Positions 63,878-64,000 of a stretch of DNA of 64,000 nucleotides are shown here, one piece after another. Under the pieces are notes generated by a model, which saw only the letters and a list, made by a program, of their open reading frames with translations, searched no databases and was not told where the DNA came from. The DNA lies in NCBI GenBank assembly GCA_041166405.1, contig JBEEFV010000093.1, forward strand, positions 21,252 to 85,251, given 5' to 3'. The position numbers and the translations under genes are program-made. Origin of the DNA: Actinomycetota bacterium (GTDB taxonomy: Bacteria > Actinomycetota > Acidimicrobiia > Acidimicrobiales > JACCXE01). Every line of letters begins with the position of its first letter. Within the stretch, counting starts at the first letter, position 1.

Positions 63878-64000
63878 TCGGATTCGCCGAGTTCGACTTC
63901 GTAGGGGCCGGTCTCGTCGTAGTCGACGTAGTAGTCCGGGCCCTCGTCAGGCTTCGGGAAGTAGTCGAGGTCGCGCAGGTCGTCGGCGAGCACCTTCACG
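63865..64000 (-). CDS. Partial CDS (3' end), unidentified, upstream of cysC
   Basis: My own translation gives ...VKVLADDLRDLDYFPKPDEGPDYYVDYDETGPYEVELGESECAT*. The stop overlaps the cysC GTG region. No motif recognised. Confidence 0.3.
   Translation of the reverse strand, partial: VKVLADDLRDLDYFPKPDEGPDYYVDYDETGPYEVELGESECAT

Overview
High-GC, gene-dense bacterial chromosome segment with Actinomycetota-type gene order: tig-clpP-clpX, a valS-position ORF, folC-ndk, mreBCD-pbp2-rodA, a radical-SAM pair followed by rne, rplU-rpmA-obg-proB, then proA, with cysC-cysH-cysD-cysN at the right end. I can support about 65 protein-coding genes, six tRNA genes (all minus strand, all in the first 21 kb), one tRNA-Lys 3'-half fragment, one frameshifted maf and several intergenic hairpins. 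I recognised no rRNA, CRISPR array, transposase or integrase. The interval from about 9.3 to 21 kb looks accessory. It holds tRNA-flanked small cassettes, lower-GC stretches, an LPXTG-type Thr-rich surface protein, a Cys-pair repeat protein and tandem HNH endonuclease genes. The most unusual observations are these. (1) A 457-aa ORF in the conserved valS slot is colinear with the N-terminal two thirds of valyl-tRNA synthetase, but every signature motif I can check is replaced and the KMSKS and anticodon-binding part is missing. (2) A 1920-aa single polypeptide fuses a Ser/Thr kinase, a STAND-type P-loop NTPase, a helical-repeat region, GAF, PAS, a histidine kinase and a receiver, directly upstream of tig-clpP-clpX. 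(3) A roughly 53-nt degenerate copy of the tRNA-Lys 3' half lies 1 kb from the intact tRNA-Lys and brackets a lower-GC insert with one orphan gene. (4) Two translationally coupled HNH paralogues end 7 nt from tRNA-Gly. (5) The uncharacterised radical-SAM/DUF2344 pair is overlap-coupled to RNase E. All protein calls rest on by-eye motif recognition and synteny, with no database search. Start codons were re-chosen where the ORF track clearly over-extends.
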